From Owenia fusiformis (Eukaryota), in the NCBI GenBank assembly GCA_903813345.2, contig CAIIXF020000001.1, positions 22,320,001-22,384,000 on the forward strand: a stretch of 64,000 bases of DNA, written 5' to 3'. The notes under the pieces were generated by a model. It was not told the origin of the DNA. It did not search any database and saw only the letters and a program-made list of their open reading frames with translations. Shown in pieces: positions 23,298 to 37,600 of this stretch; position 1 is the stretch's first letter, and the number at the start of each line of letters is the position of its first letter. The translations under genes were made by a program, and so were the position numbers.

Positions 23298-24860
23298 ATG
23301 ACTGACTCAAGGCATAGATGGCCAGTCTTAATGTGTGTGATCTTAAGTATGAGTTGTGGAATAAGATCAAAGAACGTATTGATCTACCAAATGGCGTCTC
23401 TGAGAAACTCCAGGGTGAGTGCTATGGAAACAATATCAGAGATATTGGCTCAAGCAGGACATAACATCAGTCTTCTGGTTCACACCGAGTATGACCCAAC
23501 GGTAAATGTGAGGCTACAAGGTGTAAACATTATAAGACATAAATACCCAGACGATTTACAGTATTCTGTAGAAGAAGGCGTAATTCAAGAAAGTCTCGTT
23601 ACCCCGGTGTTAACACAGATGGATCAATGGATGGGGAAGGGACAGGTACTTGATTCCTACACATCAAAGGTATGTCCGAAATTGTTGGAAGACCTAAAAC
23701 TGATGAGACGTTTAAAATCTGCAAAATTTGATCTCCTTATTACGGATATGTTTCATTTTGTGTGCGGGGGCATTCTTATGGACTATTTACAAACGCCTAC
23801 CATACTATGGGCCAATGCTGGATTTGAGATAAACTACGACTGGTTAACTCCGAACTTTTTGTCACATGTACCAGTTTTATATTCACCATATGGAGACTCA
23901 ATGACTATATGGGAGCGATTCTGGAATGTGATCTTGTACGTTGGCATAGAGTACCATAAACCAGTTTTTTCCGAGAGAAAACTCGAACTTATGACTAAGT
24001 ATGGACCAGCACTGGGACTGGTGCCTAATTCTAGGGACTCGTTCAGAAATGCAGACATTTTGTTCGTGCAGACAAGCTTTGCATACTTTTACCCAAGACC
24101 ACTGATGCCAAACGTTATCCCAGTGTTAGGATTGAAGGAAAAGAAATGCAACAAATTAGATGTGACGCTTGAAAAGTTCATCGAGGGCTCTGGCGATGCA
24201 GGCTTTATCGTTTTATCATTCGGGTCCTTGCCAAGGGGCTTAGTGCCAAGACTGAGAGAGATCTTTGCAACGGTTTTTTCACAATTACGGCAGAGAGTAG
24301 TATGGAGATACGGCGGCCCTAAACCAGATAATCTAGGAGATAATACATTGACATTGCCCTGGTTGCCTCAATATGACCTCCTTTGTCATCCAAAAATAAA
24401 ACTATTTATCACACATTGTGGAGTTTCTGGTTCGGCTGAAGCAGTCTATAACGCAGTACCTACGATTGGCATCCCTTTCTTTTACGATCAGTACCAGCAT
24501 TGTCGATTACTTACGGAACGACACAACATGGGCATTACGATATCCAAAACCAACATCAGTGTTACATCCATAACGTGGGCCATCAACAAGGTGATCGGAA
24601 CACCAGAGTACGCACACAATGCTGCGCTTACAATGAAGTTGATTAAAGATACACCGGTGAATGCATCACACACTATTAGATACTGGAGTGAATATGTCAT
24701 GAAACATGGGGCAAAACATCTTAGATCCCAGGGATTGGACAACCTAAGTTTTGCACAATACTTTCTTTTGGATATAATTGGATTTTGTCTTATCCTTTCC
24801 TCGTTATTGGCCTATTTTGTGTATCTGATTGTAACGAAAGTTTGCCTCTCCCCGTCGTAG
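23298..24860 (+). CDS. UDP-glucuronosyl/UDP-glycosyltransferase (GT1, UGT family), intronless
   Basis: Signal peptide, FDLLITD, PRPLMPNVI, SFGS, UGT signature WLPQYDLLCHPKIKLFITHCG...IPFFYDQ, GAKHLR and a C-terminal TM. The ORF is open from 23226, but the ATG at 23298 fits the signal peptide best. Confidence 0.95.
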   Translation: MTDSRHRWPVLMCVILSMSCGIRSKNVLIYQMASLRNSRVSAMETISEILAQAGHNISLLVHTEYDPTVNVRLQGVNIIRHKYPDDLQYSVEEGVIQESLVTPVLTQMDQWMGKGQVLDSYTSKVCPKLLEDLKLMRRLKSAKFDLLITDMFHFVCGGILMDYLQTPTILWANAGFEINYDWLTPNFLSHVPVLYSPYGDSMTIWERFWNVILYVGIEYHKPVFSERKLELMTKYGPALGLVPNSRDSFRNADILFVQTSFAYFYPRPLMPNVIPVLGLKEKKCNKLDVTLEKFIEGSGDAGFIVLSFGSLPRGLVPRLREIFATVFSQLRQRVVWRYGGPKPDNLGDNTLTLPWLPQYDLLCHPKIKLFITHCGVSGSAEAVYNAVPTIGIPFFYDQYQHCRLLTERHNMGITISKTNISVTSITWAINKVIGTPEYAHNAALTMKLIKDTPVNASHTIRYWSEYVMKHGAKHLRSQGLDNLSFAQYFLLDIIGFCLILSSLLAYFVYLIVTKVCLSPS

Positions 24861-25620
24861 ACCATTTAGGTAGGCTTAGTATAAGAACTTCAATTGTGAG
24901 GAAGCAATATTAGCTATCAAAGTTTTATCTCATATCAATTCTTGTTATTCCTTTTTCCACCCCCACCCCCCCCCCCTCCCCTGAAAGAAATAATACATAA
25001 CTACTTATTCACGGAATTACGACTATTGTTCTTAGTATGACTGCATAAAACTATTGTCACGGTATGAGTTAAAACGATTTTTGTAAACCCTACTTACACT
25101 TACTAAGAGATGCCAAGAGAATAAATAGAAAGTATTAATAAAAGTTTTCATAATTAAGTCAATATGACGATTTGGTCATATGTTAATTTCAAACAGAAAC
25201 GATTTTTAAATAATTTAAACGATTAGAATTCATTTATTTCCATATTTATACATATCAGATCTATAGAACTACTTGTCTACACAGTGTTTCAACAAGCATA
25301 TTTGTCATCAGTCATCATCTTTACAACATGTACAATATACAACATGTAAAATTTACAACATGTACAATTTACAATATTTACAATTTTCAGTATTTAGGCA
25401 GACACACATCTTCACTGATAAAGCTTCGCCTCCAAAGGCTATAGTCATATGTGTATATATTATATGAAAGGGCACCATCCATTATCTATCATGTTATAGT
25501 TTCAACATCTGAAAGTTAAAAATCCTCTAACCTCAAACATCATTTTGACACTTGTTTTTGTAAAATTTGAGGAAAGATTTTGAGAGAGTCCATACTAATT
25601 TTACTACATAGATTGTTTGG

Positions 25621-28600
25621 CTACTGTTTGTTCTTATTCCTTCTTCTTTTTGTGCGTTTTCCAGTTCGTGATGATTTCACTTTTCCTCGTTTATTGTCTG
25701 AAAGTCAAAGTTTTCTTGTATAGCAAAGTATCTAGTTAATATGTTGAGTTTTTACATTGACCCTTTTGCCAAAATTATGTTTTTAATCATGAAGCAATAT
25801 TTTAATGCTCTCTTGTGCTCCTGATGAAGGACTTTTGTTTCATAAGTAAATTCAACAGCAATACTCAAAATTAAATCCTGGTATATTTGAACAGTTTTTT
25901 ACCTGCACATACGGGACAACAAGAATCTGTCTTGCGTTTAATTCTACGACAATTCCGTAGTTTTGGACAATTTGTTCTTTTGCATTGGCTTACGCTGTCC
26001 TGAAAAAAAGCAAAAACATTGTCAGATAAGCTGTACGTTATATAATTTGTTTAACCTTTACTATATAAGTGAAGTGTTTTGTGTTAACTATATACCACTC
26101 TTAAAACAATCAAGCAAGCAAGCAGTTGAATCAATCAATCAAATTCCATCAATGATACAAATGATTTTAGAAAACAATCACCCTATCAGTATTTAGAATA
26201 ACTGTTTATTTATTAGAGCAATCTGTAACATGTGCTTTCAAGTAAACCAAAATAAAAAATAAATCAACATCAAGCCGGTTGATAATTTTATGGCATTCGC
26301 CATTTTTGTGTTTCCCGATAACTTACTTTGCAGGTACACGTGATGCATTTTATCCTGCCAACTGAAGATACGTTTGGATGCCAGGAGTCACCATTATTGT
26401 ATAAATCTCCCTTCCATTTGCAACCTGTGAACAGTTTACAGAATTTCACTTTTAGGCACAAGCATAGCATACATGTATGATATGTGTGATATAATGTACT
26501 ATAAACACTATTTCAGTGTAAACGATGTGTTAAGATAATATTTGCACGATTTTTAAATTCTTTTCTTATTGAGCTGCTAGTTTTAGATCTGGTCTTATCA
26601 TTTGATTTGATTTATTAAGGATTTTAGTGTGTAATTGTTGACCGTTAAGACTTCTGAATACACTTACTACCGGGGTTTGAATCCTCCGATTCAATCTGTG
26701 CCTTGGCGGCATCATCGGCTCTGTAGTCGTTGCGGAATACATCAATTGTGTCGGCAACAACAGAGTTTGGTGGCTTGGCTAAAAATTGTATCACATGTAT
26801 TAGAGATATGTCAATCAATGATCAGAACATATAACCCATAGTGGTTTAAACTTTCTACAGTGTCTTTAAAGGAATTTTGCATGGAAAGATTGCCACTAAG
26901 CCTCAGTCACATTTCCCCTACACCGGCCATGAATTCTCAAAATCGATATAGGAAATCTACATTGTATTGCTTATCCCTACATCTCATGCTGCATATTTCT
27001 TTAGATTTATATTTTTCAGATGTTGACTCCTGTGCTAATAATTGCATTGGATAGTTAGATAAACAGTTTAAAAATACAATATATATATTTTGTGGTAGTT
27101 ACCTGGGCATATCTTACAGCAATCAGACTCATTCAAACGGATCGCCTCGGAATCAGGACAGTTGAGAGGGGGACAAGAATTCTGGGTACAATTCACCTCA
27201 TCGGCGCCCGGCTGGAGAGAAAGTTCATGTTTAGTAATATTAAAATCATTGTAATTTAATAGTTTATGTTATTGCATATATAGAATTGTCCTGAATGTGA
27301 TGAGGCCAAGATGTAAGAAGGTTTTCGTGTGTCAATTCAAGAACTAAGAAAGCACTGGCGAATTCAACTGCAGGCTGGCGGCGGATTTACCTACTGATTT
27401 AAGGCCAACTCCTTTATAACTCAGATACGAGTAAGTAGTTACCAGTTTCACTACCAGGTGGCTCATTCGGGTCAGATAGTATGGTGAGTATAGTAGAATG
27501 TTCCCTTTTCTCTAATGGTTATGCAAATTAAAAGTCCAGTAAAACAAAATATCATTTGTCCAATACAAGAAAAGATATTTCACTTTTTGTGATTTTATAA
27601 CATGGGGTCTATGGGGAATTTCCCCGAACTAGAAGTCACATTTTCAAAAAAAAATTCAAAGTTGATAACCAATTTTCAAAACCATATTTTTAGATGTACT
27701 TTTACATTTTTACATTTCAATAATCCAATAATATTGAAAAAATAAGTAGGCCATAAAAAGTAAATTAAGTACCGCCAGTCGTCAGCTGAATTCACGTCAC
27801 GAATGCTAAATGGGTAATAACCCTCATTTAAATTGTTTAACATATTATAATAATTCTTATAATTTATTACCAATCAATATATCAATAATTTATGTTGTAT
27901 CAAATAACATACACATATAGACCTAAATATCGCCCAACAAAGGTGCACTGCAATAAATCAAACCATGGATTTTCTGTAGGTCCATGATAATTAAACCGTT
28001 GACCTCCATTTCCATAAAACTGTCTAAAACACTGATAAAAGTTTCAAATGAATTGTATTAATAGGGTTTGAAATGTATAATCCCTCATATTCCTGAATTT
28101 AATTTCATATTGACGGTCATGACGCTTATCAATTTGATATTGTTCCACTTATATACATTTTGATCTTAAATGTTTCATGTATTTCACGCTTGAGAGTCTT
28201 CGATGATCTTGCTATATAAGTAAATCTTCTTACCACACATGAGCACAGGGCACATTTCACATAGCCAAATGGTGGGACATAAGGGTGCCATATTGTTCCA
28301 ACTCGGTGTCTCCTCTGGTCACCATTAAAATAACAGGTTTCAGAACTCAAGCTACTTTGCTCTGAAATAAAAAAAATGTTTTAAAAAATCAGATATTAAG
28401 TAATACATATACAGGGTATGTAGTGTTGATATTACAGTAACTCCTTGTTATACATGTGTCACTAGTCCCTATGAAATCAGAACTGTTGAGAGACAAGAGA
28501 TAGGAGTCAAAGAAGAATATGTAGGATATAGGATATGGTAAAATAAGGGGAAATAAGTGTTTAATGAATATTTATCAGTACTGAATTCATAGTTGTAAAC

Positions 28601-31600
28601 ATAGATAAGACTGATGCGTGGTACCACAAAGCATGGCAAACTTATTTAATTTTCATATCACAGATACAATCAAAAAGAGAATGGAAGATATCGTATTGAA
28701 ATAGTAGAAAGAAGTCTCAAATGAATATATATCAGTACTGAATTCATCGTTGTAAAACAGATGAGACTGATGCATGGTGCCACAACGAATGGCAATTTTT
28801 TAATATTTTATTTTAATATTATATTTTATAATCAAGATAAAATATAATATTATTTTTATGTTATATTTCATTTTAATTTCACATATAAAATTACCTATAC
28901 ACTGTGGACAACACTCTCCTTCTATAGTAATAGGATCTTCACAGTCCATCTTGGGACAGATAGCTTGATGGCATTTCATCTTGCCTCTCTGAAATATAAA
29001 ATTAACTTAAATTTGAATAAGCTGTACGTATGGATACTTAAAATTGCTCCAGTAGCAAGAAAAATCTGGTTGTAAATTAAATTTTTAAGATAAAATCAGT
29101 TCAATGTTGTTTGGTGATATTCTAATTTCATGAATCCCATGCCATGATAATAATATTTTAAGTTAACACTATACCTTGCAGCTGCATGTCGTGCATGGGT
29201 CTGACTCGTCGGGTAGCCAGCTGTCCCCATCATTACAACCATACTTCCCCGACACATCTAAAGATGGCAGGATTGCATTCTCATGTTTATCATTCATGAT
29301 TTCACGATCACTGACTCCTTCACAGTCATTTGGGATGTGAATCTGAAGAGAAAGTATAGTGATAATGATAATATGCTTGAACAGGTCCAAATGAGATTGC
29401 GACTCAAGTCCAAACATGTATATCCTTGAATAGATGTGTGCCACGTTTTGTATATATCCATAGTAGTCCATTATCAAAATAATTACAAAAGTTCGATAAA
29501 TATGTTAGCAAAAGAGTAAAAAACACAAAAAGTGAAGCAAATGAAAAATCTCCATTATCCAAAAATTGATTCATAAACTAACATTTACCTTAGCCCTTAG
29601 TTCTCCACCAAGATAGGCATTTGTCTTCACTTGGATGAATGCATTATGACCATCTAGTGTCCTCATCATAGAGGTTGATAAATCATTCACGTACCCCTGT
29701 GCCTAAAACAAAAAAATATTCATCCAATGCCAAACCATTGCATAGTTGATCCTCAAAACTAAAAATCATATTAATTATTTATCAGGCTTGTATTTGAATC
29801 TTAATCTGTTCCTAATGCAAAATATTTAAAATAATGATTCCAAATTACCATATTTCCAACAAATCCCTTTAGTTGAGTAGGAAGTATATCACCAGTGGTG
29901 GCACCAATCTCAACAATTCCATGCAGATGGGGACTCAGTTTCTCGTGGCTCAAGCCCTGCACAATGACACTATAGCGTAGGTTACAGCGGGAGTCAATGG
30001 TTACCCAAGCATGCCCCGCAGCAGGGGTTGGCACTTTGGGATCCAATGAAGCTCCATTCAGTATAACAGGGTCTACTAAAAAATAAAGAATCGAAGTGTC
30101 AGGATTTATGTAGAAACAAAAATAATAAATCTATTTTTTATGATTTCTTGCGATATCTGTCTCTGATATGATTAATGATAAAATTTCTCACCTATATCCA
30201 TTGAGATTTTGTCATCAAAGAGTGTTTGAGTTATCTGACCCCTTAACTCACTGACTTTGTGTTTGGACGTCTTGATGTTTACAAATAGACCATTTGTAAG
30301 AAGGAGGTGGATCTGTCGACCATTTAACTTCTTCAGTATTCCTCTAGCCTGAAATTAAATATATATGCGCAAGTGCCAAAGAGGAAAGGACAAAAAGTAT
30401 TGCAGAACACAGCAAGAAAAGGAAAACATCTAGAGTACACTGGTCATAAGGAAAACAAACCCCAATTATCACAAACTATGACATTATATCACATTTCTGT
30501 TCTCCTCGTTCTGTCTTTAGGTGTCATAAAATACATAGAGTGATCAGATATCAGCGAAACAAGAACACAAACAATAATGGTTTACATTTTATACAGAGTC
30601 ACATATGTCTCTGTTTTATACAATGCTGTTGAATCACCCTATGAATGATTGGCGGACATTAACAAGTTGTATTATATATTTAAATCATATAGAGTCTATA
30701 TAATAGAGTTCACTTACCATACCACCATAATCTGTTTTCGAATGTTGTTTGAATTTCTTGGTTAATTTGGCAACTCTTCGTCTTCTGTCACGTTTGTTCG
30801 GTGCACCCTCGATTGAAAGCTCTGTTAACTTACTCTTCAAGCCCTCCACTTTGATCTAACAAAACAGGTACAGCACATTGTTAGCTTTGTGGAGACAATC
30901 ATAACGTTCGTTTGTTGATTATAAATCAGCTTCAATTTTGTTGTAATTGTGTTACCTTATCATCCACGTTTGAATGGTATCGTCGAAATACATAATAGGG
31001 AATAGGGTCAGTTGGATAGATAAATGTGATATAATCATTCTTTCATTTCCATACATACCTGGTAAGTGATATATCCATTGCTCTTGAGTATAAAGATAGC
31101 AGATCCACCTGCTCCAGTTTCTGTTTGTTGCAGAGCATCATACCCGGATAGAACAGCTTGAAGAGCTGAAATATGTAGAACGTACATGTCACAAAGCTGA
31201 CACGTGTGCAATATACCATACACAGCTGATACATCTGCAGTGTATCGTATAGCAGTAACAAGTGCATCATGATATACCATGACATCTCACTCCTATCAGC
31301 CCTGAGATGTTTCAGGTGAAACAGAAAGATGCTATGAGTATCAGAATGTAACAAGTGCAATAAATCTGATTCGAACATGACTGTATTCACGCCTTCTATA
31401 AACTGTAAACAAAGTCAACATTTCACCCGGGGTATATTCGCGAACAAACCCCCTGGTAATACGTGTAATGTGTGACGTCATAACGGCGGGCAGTAGTAAT
31501 GGCGAACCATAATGAATATTCGAAACATTTTGGTGAGTTTTCATGTTCGAATTGTAATATAGACCTCAGAGCAGGTGTAATATTGTCGAATACACCCTGC

Positions 31601-34600
31601 AGGGCTAGGCACAAACGTTTTCTGTACCCCAAACGACCGAAGGGAGTGTATTCGACAATATTACCCCTGCTCTTCGGTCTATATTTCTTAAATAAATCTG
31701 AAACATGTGCAATAAGTCATAATTGAATATTTACCATTGCATGTAATTTTAGGTGTTATCTTTCCTTTCATTTGTTTGCCAGATTCAGTTCTAATGAGAA
31801 TTGTTATCTTCCCTCTCGCCAATTGCTTGAATTCTTGTTTCTGTAGCTTCGACCAAAGCTCGGCGAACTCAGCATCCTAAATGCAGAAATAAAGATAATT
31901 TATTTTATTTTTTAGATTTTATTTATTATTGTATTGACATAATATTTCAGTAGGATAAAATACGATGGTTGAGTCTAATTCAAAATGAAAGGGTAACATT
32001 TGAAGGAAGAAGCAGATAATGATCCAAGTACACAGAAAATAGCATTTAACATTATAAATATATGTATGTGTGCAATACTTACATGTCTTGATACGATAAC
32101 ATTTATCCTCTGTAAAACCTCCGAATTCTTCATAAAGTATACTGAAACTATGGTTTTTGCATCTGTAAAATACAAAAAGAATACTCAAAGAAATATTGTA
32201 TCCAAACAATAATTACTAATCACATGTATTTTTCATGATTTGTAAATTGCATTGAAATGAATTAAACATGATGACAACTATTTTTTGAAGAAGGTGCTTT
32301 ATTTGTTTTACCTGCTTCTTTATCCAACAGTCCGTTGTGTCTTACAATAAAACTGAGACTTCCATCTCCTCCAACAGTCATCATGACCAACGCACCACTT
32401 CCGTCACCCACATCTGAGGACAACACGGCGCTTAACGTCTCTGAAATCAAATAGCAGAAAGATAACGTCGTTGAAATCAAATAAATTATTGGATTGATTT
32501 TAACTAAAATGGTATACTATCTTACCTTAAACGCAATGCAACTTGCGGCTGTCGGCTATTGGATTAACCTACTATTTTATGACCCAACTCATTTAAATAT
32601 GAATAGTACCTGCGACTAATCCATTTGAGTTTGCCATAAAAAGAATGTTAATTTGGTAGCCGACAGCCGTTATTTGCATTTGCGAATACTGTACTACCTT
32701 AGGCTGGATATATATGATATAAAACATATACATATAATTTATAGACATACCATCTTCCAGAGCTCTGTGTTTTATTATTTCGCCTCCAAGTTCACCAGCT
32801 TCATGTTTTTTCGTAACAATTCTCACGCGCATGCGTTGATTATTCAAGAACCGCTGATATATAGTTGGCAAATTATTCCAAACTCCACAGATCTACAATA
32901 AAACACAAGTTTACAAGAAAGGAGAATTTAGTTCCCTGATTATTTTGGAACGTAGTGACCTTGACATCATGAAAAGCATCTGAAAGTTCAAGTGCCAAAA
33001 GGGCAGAGTATTATAACGAAATACATCAAGAGCTGATCGAGTAGCTTTGAAACCAAGCATGAATAAAACAAACCCAAATATCTCAAAATATAATCAAAAG
33101 CACACATGAATATCAATTTTATTTTGTAAACACGATTGACGTTTGCTTACCTTATTATCTTTTTCCTTAGTTGGTTTGACCACATGCTCGTACAGGACAT
33201 TGTCGTTGAAGTCAACAAATTCTATCCGGGTTATTTTGTTAACATTGGCGTAGAATGTAAAGTGTAAATTACTTTTGAAGAGCGTAAACGCTCCTCGGGC
33301 TGACCCTTTAGTCCTTGTGGGCGACTTCATAGTTTTGCCCAACAGAAGTGCCATGTACTCGGTTCTATGGTAATCATGTAGCATTTCCTTCCCGTCGTTC
33401 ACCTCGGTCGTATAGTCATATACGCCATCGACAGATACACTCGTGGTTTCTTCCGAAAATCCTGAAAGTGATGAGGTGACATCTTTCGATAATGTTCTAA
33501 ACTCTTTGATATGCCATCAAAACTTCAAACTGAACTGAACCATGATCAATAAATAAGTTATCCAATGCATGGAAACTGAATAAATATTCATTGAAGTAAG
33601 ATGGCAAGTCATTCCGGACCATTTACAACTAGGCTGGAGCCAACATCTTTTTCTTCATTTTGACATACTAATAAAATAGTAAAAGTAATAAAACACGAAA
33701 GTTAGAATAAGAAATTAAGAATGAACAAAGGGCAAGATATGGGTATATTCCCCTAAAAATGTTTGACAAACGGAAGTTCCCTTGTATGGAGTTGATCCAA
33801 AGCCATAGTTATTCCAATTATCTACACTACTATAGATAATTGGCAAAGTTCTAGTGACTTTGCTTAAGACTGACTACAATCGTACCTTTCTGGGGGCAGG
33901 TTTTGCAGCACTGTCCCGGCAATAGCTCTGGAGTGTCACACTTGGGTACTGAGCATTCGTCCTTTATATTTTTGCATATCACCTTTCCCTTGCGTTGTAA
34001 AATATTTTTCTTCTCGACCTAAAAAGAAGACCATGTTTTACTTTTGAATGTACAAATATGTACCCAATGGGTTCTGAAGCAATAATTAATTTTGTTAGTT
34101 CGGGGAGTGGGTACAGTTGACGCAGCTTTAAATGGACATTGAACAGCAAAATCAAAACAAACACACAAAAACATGCTGGTTAAAGGCCATTATTAAGATG
34201 TCAGTATGGCAATGTTAATTCCACGGTGCAACCAGCTATTCACTTGCATGCTCCAAACACAAATTTCTCTTATGAATAGTGGATAAGAAATAAGAACAAA
34301 TTCAAGTATTAAACCAAAATTAAACTGGAAGATTTTTAAAAGTACACCAAATACCACACGCTCGTCGTTACCAAATATAACATCTAAACCGTAAACATCC
34401 AAGCATTGTTTGATGCGAAGTGTTATTTTGTTCTAAAGTAGTGGGTCTTTGGAAGGGATATGTACACATCATTTACGTCGCAAGAATTCCATTTCACGCA
34501 GCGCTGAATTCAGTTATTAGACTATCAAGCAGAATTGAGGCATGTCGACCAATTACAAAATTATGTCATTATCTCATTTTATTGATGCTGATAAGGTATG

Positions 34601-37600
34601 ACTTCATTAAATCATTGGAAGATGTTTGTTTCTGGCAAATATATAGTTGTTATTAACACATCATGATCAGCTCAAATTGTTCAAAATAAATATTACATGT
34701 GACCGGTGACGTCGATGCCAATTATGAAATTCTATCAGACTGAATGTGCATGATAGAGAATCTAAATTGACGTTTGTTTATTTATAGTTTTTTGACACCA
34801 TTTTGTGTGAGATTAAAGTTGATTTTAGTTAAATACTTCTAAACTATGCCCGGCATGCAGTCGAGCTTCTCGTGTTTCATTTACTCTTTGTCATCGTATT
34901 GCCTCTGAGCTGTAAATGGCGCTAAAATACACAAACTTGTTTGTTTGGGATGTTTAGATGTATCAAAAGGTATGTACACATTAATACCTGTATGTTTTGA
35001 AAGCAATCCCACTTTAAAGTCTGTTCACACAGGTAATCCCCTCAACTTTAACCCCACTTCTAATATTAAAGACCAAACTACGGATATGTTTTTTAAATCT
35101 CACACATTCCAGACTCTTTGAAAACAGTGTTCCTTTATTTCAAGGCGCCTAATCAACACAGTTGGTGAACAATAATTTTGGCTGCTTCAGCAAAAGTCTC
35201 AATTTGGACTCTAGGCCTATCTTCAAGTAGGTCGATATAAATGACAGCTATTTAGATTTTGAACAAAAATGTGGTGTGAACATTTAATCATAAGGCATTA
35301 AATTGAGTAAATAAACTCAGACTGTCGTCTGCATTTTGACAATTAATTTGTAATAAATTCACATATATTCATCATCAACAGGTTACCATGGTGAAGTTCC
35401 TGATTTGGAAGTTTCTCTTTTTGATATAGACGAATATAAATACTCAAATTAACACACAGGTATCAAGATGTTTTCAAGGAGACTGAGTCAAGTGATGTGT
35501 TGGTAAAGATCCCATCGACTTAATAGTCACAAGTCATTAAGTGCTAAAGACTAACTGATAAAAAAGAAAGTTGGCCTAAAGCCCTTAGGCTAGAAGTAAT
35601 TACTCTCTTAAAGAAGAGAAATCAAACTATTGAATGGGTAAAAGAAAGTCGGAGCATGATCGATAAATAACTCAATTGCATTTAGATATTATTTAGATAA
35701 ATAAAAGTTGTTATAATATGTTGAGCTTAAAGAGGTATTATTATAGCTTGAGGTACTCACAGCATTACACAAGTTACATTTCGTTTCAACATATTATTTA
35801 TTCAAAGCAATGGAAGTGTCTGTCTGTATCGATTCTGTCAAAAATATGACACAGAGGTGGATAATGGGCGGGATAATGGGTCGTCACAGAGAGGTTTACC
35901 TCATGCATGCCCGTGGCCATTTCGATCAAAGAGGGTACGAATTTTTCCAATTTTTCAGGGATAAAATAGACAATCTTGCCGGAAACGTACGAATTTTTTA
36001 CAAATACAATCAAATTAACTCACCGGCATACATTTGCAGAGAACACAAAACATCTCCCCTTGTGGTTCCAATGTTGGATGCCATGTCTCTCCTAGTTCGT
36101 GGAAGACGGGACCAAGTTTGCAACCTGTAAACATTGAATATGTGGAAATATGGTTAAGACTTTGAGACCTAATTTACCATTTAGAATGATACAAAACTGA
36201 ATCCCAGCCTTGATTAATTTAATGATTTTAAATTCATTTAGTATCATCGAAATGTATACAGAGGACCATGGTGTCTCGATCACGTCACGTGACTAGCTGA
36301 TATTTGAAATATCACACGGTTTTTAAATGATTGCTAATAGACCCAATGAAAATTGTTTTATTGGAAAGAATATGGTGGTGTGTAATATAGCCTTTTATTG
36401 GAAATGACATCAACTGGTGGGTCTCTAAATTACGCCCGTCGTTGTGTAATATCATATTTTGTGTAGTTTTGCAGTTTAATGTAGTGATTGGCATTTAAAA
36501 TGCTGAATTGCCGTTCCTATATTTGTATATGTTAATAATGTTATATGAGGTTAGAACGTCGGATGTAAAAGGCTCATTTACAACGGCTTAATTGAGTCAT
36601 TATAAACATAACACCTTCACTTATTGACAGAGATATAGAATCCCAAAGTAAATTGATATTAAAACAATAAGCGCACGAGGCAAATATCATGTTGAAAGTT
36701 GCGCTTAATTTGACGTGGACTGAAAGAAATACTATGAAGTATCTATTAAATTAAAACCTGAAAGAAATATGGGAAATTGGGAAGAACTTATCAACTTTTA
36801 TTCGGAGTCACGTTTCAAAACGGAAATGTCTTCCGGTTTATTTTACATGCATATAAATCTGAATGAATTTTCTTTATGCTTTTATGACTGTCATAATGTC
36901 TTTTTAACGCAAAACTTCCTGAAATGTTTATACCCGATTGTTCATCTAACACCTTTTCTCTTTCATCCCTCCCACAAGTCATTAGATGATAATTTCGACA
37001 ATATGCGGTGATTCAACGAACGCCTCAAAGCTAATTGTAAGTGGCTAGCTATTGTTAACTGGCCACAATATTGAAACCCCTAAATTTCCGTAGCGTATAA
37101 TTGGTTTATAATCATTGCCACCTCTCAATTGTCATCAATAAAAACTACCAATTATGAAGCCATTTTACAAATTGTTATTTTTGAATCTCCAAAAACCGAC
37201 CACACGCGGAATGCGTCTCACGCGCTTCGCAGCCTCTCACGACAGACGACTAGTCCTCATACATAACTGGACTTTGCAATGAATATAATGGTGACGGCTT
37301 TATTTTCCTTAAACAGTTTTCCTTAAACAATCACTTAGATCTCTTTATGTTCATATTTTTAAAATAGTTTCATTGACTTATTGAATATGAAAATAAGATT
37401 ACATTACATCCAAAACGTTTCAGTCGTGAAATTGAGTGTTAAAACAATTCGATACCATTTAATTTCACTTGGTATCCTATCCTACAGTCCCATGCTTAAA
37501 GTTCACTATGGTTTCCTTGTTAAACTGCGGAACAGGGAAATTCGTAACAAACAAAAATAAAATGGGCAAATATTTTACATTTCTAACATGTTGATAGCTT

